Shown piece by piece: positions 22,004-34,384 of a DNA stretch of 64,000 bases. The notes under the pieces are model-generated. The model ran no database searches, was not told where the DNA came from, and worked only from the letters and a program-made list of their open reading frames with translations. Source of the stretch: Myripristis murdjan (lineage: Eukaryota); contig NC_043987.1 in NCBI RefSeq assembly GCF_902150065.1, positions 1,561,386 to 1,625,385 on the forward strand, in the 5' to 3' direction. The first letter of the stretch is position 1, and every line of letters begins with the position of its first letter. The translations under genes and the position numbers were made by a program.

Positions 22004-22149
22004 CCTGGCTGTACTGGCTGCAGGGAGTGTGTGCTGTGATTTCCTTCCTAAAGGCCGGCATCAGCGTGCTGCACCTCATCACTGCCTCCAGGAACATGGC
22101 TGCTGTGGACGCGGCCGAGCGTGAAAAGACCATGACCAAGACCCAGTGA
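22004..22149 (+). CDS. cdipt: cdipt terminal coding exon (AWLYWLQGVCAVISFLKAGISVLHLITASRNMAAVDAAEREKTMTKTQ*)
   Basis: Acceptor ccttgctccag|CC, TGA stop at 22147-22149. Matches the human CDIPT C-terminus ...LISVIHLITAARNMAALDAADRAKKK. Confidence 0.9.
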
Positions 22150-22408
22150 GACGCCACAACAGCTGAAACGCTGCCATCAAATCTTCTCCCCTTTTTTTTA
22201 ATTTATTTATATTTGTGTTTTTAAAGCTAGACATTGTGGAGCTGTGTGCACACGTCAGATTGTCGTGCATACACTGTCTCAGTCTTGGAGAGAGAGAAAG
22301 GAATTCCTGCATCCACTGATGTGGAAGATTAAAAAACATTGCTTTGGAAACATTAAAAAGACTTTGTACAACACTGTCACTTCTGACTGCATGAATTAGT
22401 TACTTAAA

Positions 22409-22944
22409 GGACCATACCAGTGATTTTACATGTTAAGCATAATATCTACAAAATGTATAAACTTCACAATTCTGCTATTCTATTTTCCACAGCAAGCAGT
22501 CATATTTTAAAACTCCAATCATTTTTCTTCCTTTTTATTGAGCCATTTGGTTTCAAGTCATTCTCCGACAGCATGAAATTTTACTTTCAGAGACTTCAAA
22601 CTTTCTTCACAGTACCAGTACTCCATCATCGTAATAAAGTCCTCCACACGAGCTTTTCTAAAAGCAGCAGCACTGTTGTGTTTTAGTGACTTGAAATTAG
22701 GTGATGTGGTCTTTCCACCATAAAATAATGAAATGTTTGCTTTCCACAGCCAGTTATCAGCTCTGTGGTTTATGAATATTAAGGACTTTGTTAGCCACAG
22801 AAGCAGAACATTATAAAGTGGCTGTTTCAACCAAAAATTCAAATTTGAAAATTGAGGGATTTTGATTTTATGTTGTGAAATCTTTAGTACCCCTCCATGA
22901 TTTGTAAAATGGTTTGTTGCAATGTAAAAATCACTGGTATGGTC
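22409..22944 (-). mobile_element. MITE family A, full-length copy (reverse orientation)
   Basis: Starts GGACCATACCAGTGATTTTACATG and ends AAAAATCACTGGTATGGTC. The interior is the reverse complement of copies 42491-43070 and 53087-53661. Preceded by TTAAAG. Confidence 0.8.
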
Positions 22945-25689
22945 ATTCAACTTGTAACTTTTTTTTTAAATGCATAACACAACTTTTTCTTTCCTGGTCA
23001 GTTTCTGGCTTGTAAAAACACCTGCAGTAGTTTGGCCTCCTGGTATTTTTCTTTTCTTTCTTTTTTGCCATGATTGTCATGGTGTTTTATTGTTTTGTCA
23101 TCAGGTTGAGTCATCCCTGCGTTGTATGTGCATTGCAGCAAGACATCAGTGTCGAGGTACCTTAGTGTGATGTTTTGTTGGTCATATTTGTGAATACATT
23201 TTGTTTTTTACTGTACCAGCCTGCTGACTGGTGGCCGTTGTTGCCTGAGAGGCGCCAGCAGCAGTGCATTCAGAAAGCGGTTGATATATGTCCCCCGCCT
23301 AGCGAAGGCAGCGTGTACATTCTTTTCAGATGAAAGCTATAATGTTGCTGGTGCCCACTGGATCCTTTGAGATCTTTGTAGTCCAGTGTGTACACTTTAA
23401 TAGTGTTAGAAGTCGGTGATGTGTGTTTGGTCCCATGTTGTTATTTCTTATTCCCTTTGATAACTGGGTTACCATGGCTAGCAGCTACACTGGAGTTTGA
23501 TCTACAAAAAGTGTCTCAGCGATGTTTTTGCCAGTCTCTCATGATCAAAGAACAATGGCTTCTCTCTAGAGTCACCATTTTGCACCATTGTTCAACAATT
23601 ATTCATTGTAGAAGAGGACAGATAACCGGAGCAGCAGATAGAACAGAGCGCAGTGCCATCACAGGACAGGTTGTGTTTTGAGTGCGGGACATGGCCACCA
23701 TGACAGAGGAGCCCTGACACACAAGATAGCAGGCGATGTAGAAGTACATCTGTGCCCAGCCACGTAGAGCACTTCGTCACTGATTTGTGAACACCAACAA
23801 CTCACCATTTGTTCTATTACCAAGTTAATAATGAAAATATCCACCAAATCTGCAACACTGACATTTAAACAACTTCTTGGTTGATGTCTAAAGACTTTTT
23901 TTGTTACATTCTAGTGTCTGTTAAACATTTGACAAACACGCAGTTCACTGGATTTTTCATACTCACAGCACCAAGAGTTGACCAAGAGATAAGGAAGGTG
24001 GTGTTTTTCTTCAGAGATATTTCCACTATGACATTCCAACCACTGTCTGTTTTCCTTTTTATTTTGTACTGAGATTCCTATTCATTTTTGTTGATACAAT
24101 GGGTAATTGTTGCACAAGATGTATTTGGGGCTTACTTGGTGTTTATGATGTTGCAGCTTTTTAAATAAAAGTGTTTAGAGTAAGTTTTTCTATTTATATT
24201 CGAATTTGCTTGAAAGTTCTGTAGGGCACAGTTCATATCACGAGTGGCACATACCTAAGTATTATCGTTTGTGGTGTTGTATTACAAATTCAGAAGCTTT
24301 TTTTAATCATTATTTTATTATCAGTCTGACCAATAGTAAATGCTGTGTGCACCAGACAGCTGAATGTTGTAAAGTCATGTTTCAATGCAGAATGTGTGTA
24401 AAACATTCATATATAAATGTTCACCTCATGATACTGTTTTTGAGAAACTCATTTTGCTAGAATGTATTATAAAATACAGGTCTCTGACAATGGGCTGATT
24501 CATAGTTAATTAAATTATGTCATTATAGATATATAAATAAATATATGGCTACTGTTTCCATGCACTGGCTTAGACTTGCATTTATTGTCAAAGGGTGGAG
24601 CTGCAATATAAAACACATTGAAATTAAACTGGTACAGTAGCTTTTTTTCCCCTTTTGACTCGCAGCTTTATTTGGTCAACTTGGGTCAGCTTGGGAATAG
24701 AGGTATGGTATCATGGATATCATACTTCTGTTCCCAAACTGACCAAGTAGATTAGATTCAACTTTATTGTCATTGCACAAAGTAGAAGTACTAAGACAAC
24801 GAAATGCAGTTTAGCATGTAACCAGAAGTACAAAAAAAAAAACAAAGTGCAGTGCAGCAGATAAAAATGTATGTATATTATCTATAGTGCAGTATTTACA
24901 GTGTGAATATGAACAGTAAGTAGAGCATGGTATGGTCTCTGGAGTCTAGTAAGCCCATGAACACACAAGTTCATGGGCTTACTTCCATAAGAAACAAACT
25001 TTTCAAAATTTTCAAATTGACTTGCATTGTGCTGCAGACTTGCCTTGGGCACCCTGATAAGATATTTTTTGTTCAGTATTAAATTGTTTAAATTCCCAAT
25101 CTATAACGCTGACAAACATTCAGAGAGGTGAGATTATAATATCCTGCTAAAATTGTTACTCATATGTTTTGTACTATGACGATTTCTAGTATATAGTAAA
25201 ATTAACCTTTTGAAACCTAAGCAGTCACTTGATTTCTTTCAAAACATGCAGGAAATGCTGATTAGCAAATTATCCCTAAAACACTGGAACATTTATAGGA
25301 AAAAAAACACAGAAAATCTATTTTAAAAAATAATAGGTAAGTGTGAGACTCTTTGTGTTTAATCAATAAGGAACCATCTGGAAAAGTTCTACTTTGTGTT
25401 GCTTCTAAAATGGTGCTTGAAGTATTAGAAGTATGCCGAATTGGCGAGTGTTTCCTACGCGTGCTGATCAGTGTGAAGTCATGCTCCATCAGTCAGGTGT
25501 GTGTTCCGACGCCAAGGCAACATGACACTGTCACATTTTTTGAATGGAGTTCGCTGTGACGTCCAGGTCATACAGGAGGGAACGTCATTCATCTGAGATA
25601 CATTGGATCCAGCTGTTGCACTTGCGCGCATCGTTACCTTTAAGATGCAAAAGGAATAATGCATTGTTTTAAAGCCGACACCACCATCT

Positions 25690-26200
25690 TAACAGTGTGG
25701 TATGTGGAGTTTATTGCGACCCGGTTGGCAGGTTCGTTCACAGTATCGCCGAATTCTTCTCTTTCGTGAACCGAGGAATTCGCGGCGAAGGTGACTTTAT
25801 TTGATGCTAATGTGTAGTGCGGGCTTGCATTATTTGTCGGCCTACTAGTAAGTGGCGGGGGCGAGAGGACGGCACGAGACGGGGTCCGCGAGGAGGGTGC
25901 ATACACAAAATACTTTCCCTTTAAAGCAGAGGGACAGAGGGGGAGAAGAAGAGATAAAAAAAGAAAAGGAAGAAAGACAGAGAGGGAGGGAGGGAGAGAG
26001 AGAGAGAGAATTTGAAAAAAAAGAAAGATGTCATCCTGTCGATTGAAACACCGAGGCGGAGCCATGGACCGCGGCCGACCAGGAGTACTCTAGTTAGGGG
26101 ACGAGTTTTACGCAACGCCGAGGATTTGGGACCCGTCGTTTCGGCCTTTTCGGAGCTATCGAAATAAATGACTCCCGAACAGCTGCTGACTATGATTATT
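25690..26200 (+). promoter_or_regulatory. maz: CpG island / putative maz promoter and 5'UTR region
   Basis: High CpG density (gcgggggcgagaggacggcacgagacggggtccgcgagg...ccgaggcggagccatggaccgcggccgacc...cgtcgtttcggcc) lies about 0.5-1 kb upstream of the maz ATG exon. A GA/CT-rich low-complexity stretch sits at 25930-26010. Confidence 0.4.
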
Positions 26201-26639
26201 ACGTTTCGACTACACGCTCTTTACTACTTCTGTATACAAATAATATCTATTTTGCATGCATTTCACCGAATTTTATTACAGTAGACATAAGCAGAGTATA
26301 TTAAAATGCACCATTAAAGCAAGCATGATACCAACCATTTTGTCGCATTTACTAAAGCATTTTGTCAGTGCTTGTGGATTGCCAGCAGATTACCATATGA
26401 AATCATTACTTAAAGCAGACTAATCACTGTTAATTGGTCAAAGACGTATATCCGATATCATTCCACATTTCCATTAACCCAGACAGGCACAGAGGAGCTG
26501 AGATACAGGCCTCAGATTTTGTTTTCCTAGCAGCAAACGGCAGCTATTGGTGTTTCTTCCTCGGCTCCGTTGCCCTCCTCCCTCCCTCTTTGGGTAGCTT
26601 TTAGTTTTTGCTGAGTGCCAGCTCCCCAGCCTGTCCACA

Positions 26640-26672
26640 ATGGATACTTCTTGGAGTAATTTTCTCTTTCAG
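26640..26672 (+). CDS. maz: maz coding exon 1 (MDTSWSNFLFQ)
   Basis: ATG at 26640, donor CAG|gtaagt. The M..W..FLFQ N-terminus is shared with the MAZ/VEZF1 family (VEZF1 MEANWTAFLFQ). Confidence 0.7.
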
Positions 26673-27059
26673 GTAAGTGGTAATTGATGTGATGCTGCTG
26701 CTATGTAGTTTTGGGGGTGGGGGGGTGGTGTGTGTGTTGTGTGGGTGGGGGTGGGGGGTATAGTGCGTTGGGTTTATAGGGAGTGGTGTATGTCTGGCAA
26801 AGGGGGGCGGGGGGAGGGGGGGGTAAGGTGAGGGAGGTCACCGAGGGGTCAGTGCAAAGTTACACCAGCTCTCCATCCCATCCCTTATTCAGCATCTCCT
26901 GTTGAGTAGCGGGGAGCAGATCTTGTTTCAGCCAGCTTCACTTCTTAACTGCAAATGGCTTTGGTCAAATGTGACGGGGGTGGCAACCCTCAAAAGCCTT
27001 TAGTATGGCAACAGTCAACAAAACTTAGGTCATGTGGGCAACATCTAACCTACTGTTTT

Positions 27060-29420
27060 GCCCCTCCGTGCAGACCGCACAACAACAGGGGCCCCACAGC
27101 ACTTCAAGGGGTGGGAGCCCGGCGGGTCGGGCCGGCTTCACACAAACATTTAGAAGTTCTGTTCGGGTCGGTTTCAGTCACAACGGCATCATTTTAGTGA
27201 AACTAGTGTAAAATAAATAAAAACGACGGATCTACTGTCTGCAACTTCTTGTATAGTGCTGGAGTTTACGTGCTGATGCTGAGGGCAACATGTAGGCCTA
27301 CATGTTTTACAGGCGGTAAATGTAACCCAGAGATGGAGGACAAGCAAATCCCGGGCCCTGCTCGGGTTCGGACACAAAAAAAGAATGCCGGGTCAGGCTC
27401 AGATTCCGCTTGAATCATGGTCCTTGCTGATCTGTGCTCACTGACAGGGTGTCTGAATGCCAGTTGTTGTTGTTTTGTTTTTGTCTGTTTTTATCTTACG
27501 TGACCGGTAGACTGGAACTGAGTTGGCCCGCGGGGATGAATAAAGTTGGTGGAATCTTGAATCATCTGTTTTATCTGATAAGATCAAGTTTTCATTCTGT
27601 TTATCTCACTTTTATTGCAGCAAAATGTTAGTCAAGCAGACAGACTGACCAGCTCTGACATAAAAACCTGTCAAAAATGTTGCATCAGTTCTTGCTGATA
27701 CAATATCGATATTTACCATCTGCGTATTGATGTAATATTGCCGCACAAAATATCATATCAATACCATACTGTATCAATATTTCCTCCCACCCTTAGCTGT
27801 TTCATTTTCTTCACTGAAGTCCATACTGAAGCACCTGAAAATGTGCTAAGTCCCCTGTTGAGCCCTATATGTACGTGCTTGCCCACGTGACTTCCACTCC
27901 ACAATGCAACATTCATTACACCTTGCGTTCCAATACTCATACTACCATACTATTTAGTAGGGAAAAAAAGAATTAGTATGTCCCAATACATAGTATGTCA
28001 GATGCAGTATGCCAAGAGTACCAGGATGTTCTACTACATCCGGTCAGATCTGCTGTAATCCGGAAGCCAAGCAACGACATTTCGTTGCCAAAATCTCACT
28101 GCTGTGTTTTTTTGTGCAATGACAATAAAAGAAGTCTAAGTCTCTAAGTCTAAGTCTAATTTCACAGTATGGATTTCAGCATGCTACTCTGGCCATTCTG
28201 ACCCACAATCTTATGCGCGTTACTTGTTGCGTGTACAAGCCACGCCCACATACGGACGACAACAAGACACACATATCACACAAAAGTCGTTCAATGAAGA
28301 AGTGACAGGAAGACAAGATCAGATGCCTCTACGGACGGCAGCGGAAGTGAGCGAGAGGGTCGGACTTCAGGGATGATGTATGTAGTGTGTCCCAATAGTA
28401 TGCATTCGCATGCATACTGCATACTACACTACATACTTTGTAAGGGCAGCTGCAGTACATACTAAAAGTAAAAAGTAGAAGTATGTGATTTGGAACGCGG
28501 GGCCGGTCATTGTTTTCAGGAAGCTCCGTTTTTTTCCCGTCCACACAGAAACAGCAGGCCGCCAGTGACACACATTATTGAAAAGCTTCATTTTTCATGG
28601 GTGGAAAATGCCAGAATTATACATATAGTTTTTTGTCATTTTAAGTTTTTTTTCTTTTTTGCAAAATTTCAGGTGACGTTTGGTGACGTTCATGTTTTCA
28701 CAAGCATTTAAGCATTTATGAAGTACTTTCCGGTCATTTTTTTTTTCTTTTTTCAAAGTTTCAGGTGATTATTTTCTGTCATTATTATAACCTAATGCAG
28801 TAATGTTAACTGAAAATTTATTAGGTCAAATTAAGTTTTGCGTGGGCATTTGTAATACTGTAATTTTGACACTGCAGTTTTCAAATCTAATGCAAATGAC
28901 TATCAGCCCTGAATGTTGGTTATTGGTGTCCTGGATTACTAATAATAAGTATTGGCATTGAAAACTCAGTATCAATCAATCCCTAGTGGAAGCGCAAAAC
29001 AGCGTATTTGGATTTACCCGACTTACTGTGCACAAATTAGAGTGTGGATTGGGCTGCATGTTCTTGTCCGAACCAGACCCGAGTCTGAGAGCAAAGTAAC
29101 CAAGCCCAACCCGAACCCAACAGGCATTCTTTTTTTGTGTCTGAATCCGAGCCAAGCCCCAGATTTTGCTTGTCCTCCATCACTACGTTATATTTACTGC
29201 CTGAAATAGCCTATGTGTTGCCTTCAGTGTTAACACGTAATCTGCAGGAAGTTGCACAGAACAGACAGTAGGCCCATCATTTTTTAAATTTTACTCTAAA
29301 ATTTCACTAAAATAACATCAACGTGACTGAAACTGACCTGAACCTGAACATAATTTCCAATTTTTGTCCAAACCTGGCATGACCCGTTGGGTCCTGGGGT
29401 TGAGGGGGGGTATGAATGTC
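27060..29420. mobile_element. About 2.3-kb DNA transposon-like element with about 250-300 bp terminal inverted repeats, in maz intron 1
   Basis: 27150-27400 is the reverse complement of 29030-29340 (e.g. atggaggacaagcaaatcccgggccctgctcgggttcggacacaaaaaaagaatgcc vs its complement at 29100-29190; gtttcagtcac...attttagtgaaa at both ends). Inner region has further inverted repeats (27950-28030 vs 28380-28470, tagtatg motifs). No intact transposase ORF. Confidence 0.6.
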
Positions 29421-30562
29421 TTTCACACCGCTGGTTTCCCTCAGTTCATTCAGTTTCCATGTGAGCTTACAACTTGAGCTATGACAACACAAAAACAAGC
29501 CAAAAACACAGTTGACAGGTTGTTCCACCATTCTGGGGCAGTTCAGCGAACATGTCGAAACACGATTGGCACTTGAACACACAATGTCATTTCAGAACGA
29601 AGCCTCAAGCTGCTTTAGTGGCACTGATTTTTTTTTTTACATGACTTGTGTGGACTTGAAGGATGATTGAGCTTCTTCTTCTTCTTTTTTTTTTTTTGTC
29701 GCACTGATGCCAGAAAGTGTAGCTGTCTTCCCCAGAATGTCACCACCCGACTTCATCAAACCCAGGCATCGTCACTGTCACTGACGTAATATTAGTCAGT
29801 ATGGGATCAGCTTTTCCATGTTCACATAGCAAGTATGATTAGATCTTCACAAATCACTGGATAGGAATTCAATTAGGCAGGATTTTCACTTTCAGTTGAC
29901 ATGCATTTACACACATACACACACATATTTGAGTTTTCATCAGATTTCATGGGTGTCAATGAGGTGGGCTAAAATGTGACACCTGCCACCCCTTAGCCCA
30001 GGGGTGTTCAACCTGACTCATGTTCTGGACTCCCAGGTTTACTTTGAGTAAGGCACTGACCCCATTTGGAGTGATTTTGCTCTGTGTGGACCCTTATATC
30101 AAGAGATGTTTTTTCACAAGTATTTAAATTACATAAATCTGACTTTGATCCAGCATCACTGACCCAATGTTTAAATATAACATACATGACGTTTGGTTGC
30201 CTTTTTTAAAGTATTGTTTTGCAAATTTTTATGTTTTTCTCTGTTTTTGTTTTGCTAATTTCACCTCTTTCCCCAAACAGATTCATTTGATGTCCTTTAA
30301 AAAACATGGGGAAAGAGGCAATGAGTAAATTAGCAAGAAATGATCCAAAATATGCAAGAAAGTAGTAGACAGCAGACAATTCATGATTAAATTGATATAT
30401 GCAAAAGGCAGATCAGTGATGCAGGATAACATTCTATGTGTTTAAATGCTAGTGAAAGCATTTCACAAGCATTAATCTATCTATCTATTAATCTATTCCT
30501 CATTTTGCATTTTAACCAACTATTGGAGTGTTAACATTCTTTAATTCTTTTGCTCCATCAAG

Positions 30563-30713
30563 ACGACTCCGACACAGAGCCAGCCCGAGACGCCTCTTCA
30601 GTCTGAACTCCTGCCAGAGCTGACAGGCTCGGCCCAGAGCCCGCCAGCAGAGCACATCGCGCCGCCGCCGTCCACGGTCGACACGGCCGCTCTGAACGAG
30701 GAACCTCTGCCTG
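30563..30713 (+). CDS. maz: maz exon 2 (TTPTQSQPETPLQSELLPELTGSAQSPPAEHIAPPPSTVDTAALNEEPLP)
   Basis: Acceptor ctccatcaag|ACG, donor G|gtgagg. Contains STVDTAAL, matching human MAZ ASTVDTAALKQPP. Confidence 0.8.
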
Positions 30714-31079
30714 GTGAGGGAGGGAGCGTGAAGACAGTTTCACTCCCAGCTGAGAGCATTTCACTTCACAGAAAGATTTCTGTTACTGATATAGTATTCC
30801 AGTCTACTCTCTAGGTTGGGGGATAGTGATGGTGGCAGAAATCTGTAATGGGAATAATCCGAACACATTCTGCACCCAGGATAATTACCAGTGAAAGTTG
30901 GTGAATTGTTTGTTTAGCTTTCCCACAAACTGTGCAGGACCAAACTGGAGCACAAGGATTCAAGGATTCAAGGATTCAAGGAACTTTATTGTCATACCAG
31001 TTCACACTTACATGCTAGTGGTACGAAATTAGCACTCAGGTCCCGGTATAAGCCAAAAAACCCCCCCGAAAAAAAGACC

Positions 31080-31141
31080 AGAAAAAGAAGTGTAAATATA
31101 AGTGTAAATATAGAATATAAGATATATAAGATATATAACAG

Positions 31142-31189
<48 letters not shown>

Positions 31190-31461
31190 TATAAACAGTA
31201 TATATAGACAGTATGTGTGGATATAAACAGTATGTAAACTATAAACAGTATATGTAAATAAATGTAAACAGCATATATAAATGTAAATAAAAATATAAAT
31301 AAAACTATAAATATAAATAGTATATATATAATAAGTATAAATAAACAGCCTATATAAGTAAGTAGTATATGTGTAATAAATAATTAATATATATATATAT
31401 ATATAAGCAGTAAATATAAAAATATAGAGAAAAATATAAACAGCCTATGTAAATATAGACA

Positions 31462-31496
<35 letters not shown>

Positions 31497-31500
31497 CCAC
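31080..31500. repeat. Complex AT-rich tandem repeat with (TA)n microsatellites
   Basis: Repeated units tataaacagtatat / taaatat, plus pure (AT)n runs at about 31148-31186, 31385-31403 and 31463-31495. Confidence 0.85.
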
Positions 31501-32639
31501 AGAACCTGATGCCCGGGACTGGGATTCATGGAACTGTTGGACTTGGTCAGTGCAGAATTAGCTTAGTGCTAAACACGCATGTTAGTAATATGATGGAAAG
31601 TGATGAGGGGCGTCAGCTGCAAAAACATGGGAAAAAGGTGATGAGCAAATTAGCAAGATGCAAGATATATGTAAGAAGTTACAAGATAATGACAATAACC
31701 AGAAAATGAAAATGACCAAAGATTAGTTGAAAAAAAAGAAAAAAAAGAATAGCAAACAATTACTTGAAATTACCTTAAAATTAGAACAAAAATGTATATA
31801 TACATACATATATACATATAGTTTGTTGTCATTTAAAAAGTATTATTTAAAAATATATACACAGAGAGAAATATATTTTTATCTCAAAACAATTACCACA
31901 AAATTGTTTTAAATAATATTATAATAATAGCACAAGAAATTTACCAAATTTACATTCCCCTAAAAAAATCAAAAGTAGGGTGAAATAAAACCTTCCACAA
32001 TTCAAAGGGTTAATAGTGGGCCACACTTTGACTCTTCCAAAAGAAAAAAATACGTGCAACTTGGCGGCTCTTAATGTGAGCACCCCTAAAGACATGATTT
32101 GAGAAATCTGGGAGGGTCTCTAAAATTTGTATTGACAATATGTTGAGTTTTCTTTTCCATACAAAACTGGGAGGTGGTCGCCTTTCTTAAATTTTGAGCC
32201 CAAGCACAATTAGACACATTTTAGACACATTTAACCCTAAATGCGATAGAGTTACTATAGGAATACTACAGAAATATTACAGGCAGCAGTATGAGCGTGC
32301 TGCGTTGCAGATACTACAGAAATATTACAGGCGACAGTGCAGTTGTGTGCTCATTGAACCCTCCTCTCTTCCTATCCACCTGAGCAGAGACCCTCTCACA
32401 CCTGCTGGAATCATCAAATAATCTGAGCCTCAACTGACGTGTTCGAGTTGAGCCTGTAATAATTTACAGATGTGAAATACGTCTTCAGTAATTGACACAC
32501 ATCAAAATTAAATGCCATTTTATTTTTACTTTATTATTGTACGTCAGCATTTATTTTTTAAATTTTATTTTTATTTATTTTTTTTTTGTGTGTGTGGAAG
32601 GATGACTAGCAAAGTAAGAATATCATAACCGCCTGTTTT

Positions 32640-32658
32640 ACTGTGCATGACCATACAT

Positions 32659-32694
<36 letters not shown>

Positions 32695-32700
32695 CCTAAA
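32640..32700. repeat. (CT)n microsatellite
   Basis: tctctctctctctctctttctctctctctctctcc. Confidence 0.9.
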
Positions 32701-32842
32701 GTGATGCGTGTTTATTTGCAAATAGAGCGGGAAAGTGAGATCCGATCTCAAAATTCATGAAGTTTCAAATCTATTTGAGCTTTCGGTTTGCCAGAGCCAT
32801 AGCTAGGGAAGAATCACCTTAATTTGCATATCAAAGCTAGGA

Positions 32843-32882
32843 CACACACACACACACACACATACACACACAGACATACAAA
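32843..32882. repeat. (CA)n microsatellite
   Basis: acacacacacacacacacatacacacacaga. Confidence 0.9.
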
Positions 32883-33980
32883 TTAGAGGTGAAGTGCGAG
32901 ACTGCTTCAGTGTCTCTGAAGTCTGGCCTTTTATAGAAAGAGTCTCAATGGCTTTCTCTGCTTCCCTGCTTTGCCTGTAATCTGCATGTGTTGGTGACAG
33001 CTGGGGGAGGGGGGTGGGGGGCTGCATGGTAGAAATACAAAGGGACGAGGCTGGGAAAAATCAAAATGACCCAGCATGCCCTTGCTTTGAATATCAGGCT
33101 GGAAAAGTGCTGGGTGCCATTCATTTATAGTAACAGTAGCAAAATTAGGGATCGACCATTCATCAGTCTCAGCTGATTATTGGGGCTGATATTAAGGATT
33201 TTTTAATAACCTTTTGGAATTTTGATTGATATGACGGGCAATATGAAAACCACTCAGCTTCTGCCTCTCCATCTGAAAGACAGCGGAACAAAACCGGTTT
33301 CTGATAATACGGCAATAATTTTCATTTCCCTTTTCAGTGCATTTATATCTAATTTAGTTTAACAGAAAAAAACATGGTTCCGTTTTTACTGGATTTAAAT
33401 GTTTGTGAAAGGCGACTGAACGGAGCCTGATCCAACATCACTGATTTGACCTTTAAATATTTAATTTCAGTAATTAGTAATGTAATTTTCTTGTCTTTTT
33501 TATATCAACTTTTCAGTTTTTTTTGTTTTTTTTTTTCGGAATTTTCTGCATTTATTTTCTTGTTTTTTTGGGAGGGTTATTCTTTTTTAAATTAACTACT
33601 GGGTTTGAATCTGACCTCAGGCCATTTGCTGCATATCATCCTCTCTCTCTGCCCTGCCTTTCCTGTCTCTCTCCACTGTGACTGTCAAATAAAGTAGAAA
33701 TGCAAAAACTAATAATAATAATAATAACAATAAAAATAATAATAATTTAATGTTAATTAAACATAAGTTAATTCAAAGCAAGGTTTGTGTTGGCATTTCT
33801 AATACTGTAAATTGCGACACACATTTCAAATTTCTTTCAAATGAATATTGAAAAATCAGTATCAGTCAGTCCCTTATTTACATTAAAATGCATGGGTTCT
33901 TACTTTAGACACACCAGCACATTGCCTAAAATTTCAATGTAAAATATAAGGCCGTGTTGTCGCCTTTGTTTTTCTTCCAG

Positions 33981-34384
33981 TCAAACCAGTCACCAAACCC
34001 AGCCGGCCGGCTCACATCTGTGCCACGTGCAACAAGCAGTTCAAAAACAGCTACAACCTGCGGCGGCACCAGTCGGTACACACGGGCATCAAGATGAAGG
34101 ACCGAGCCGCCCGCGAGAAAGAGGAGGGGGGGAAGGGAGGAGGAGGAGGAGGACGAGTGGAGAGGCAGACGGTCCCGCTCTCCCTGCTCCATCTGACTCT
34201 GCCGCCTGTGCCGCCTCCGCCCCCCGCCGCCCCGGCTGCACCAGAGACTTTGCCCCAGCACGGGCAGCACAGCAATCAGGAGGGTCAGCCCGTCTCTGTG
34301 TCCATCGCCCCGGCAACCGTAACAATGGCTGCACCACCTCAACCCATCCAAGCTGCTGTTGTTGTTGTGGGTTCCATGGAGCAG
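33981..34384 (+). CDS. maz: maz exon 3: first C2H2 zinc finger plus Gly/Pro-rich linker (KPVTKPSRPAHICATCNKQFKNSYNLRRHQSVHTGIK...VPLSLL...MEQ)
   Basis: Acceptor tttcttccag|TC, donor CAG|gtgtgt. Matches human MAZ GPYICALCAKEFKNGYNLRRHEAIHTG...MVPLSLLSVPQLSG. 404 nt, phase-consistent. Confidence 0.85.

Noticed and set aside
25640-26115. 141-aa minus-strand ORF and poly-Glu/Arg + strand ORF in the maz upstream region
   Set aside because: Low-complexity GA/CT repeat (gagggagggagagagag) and the CpG island produce the open frames. No domain-like sequence. Interpreted as promoter / 5'UTR.
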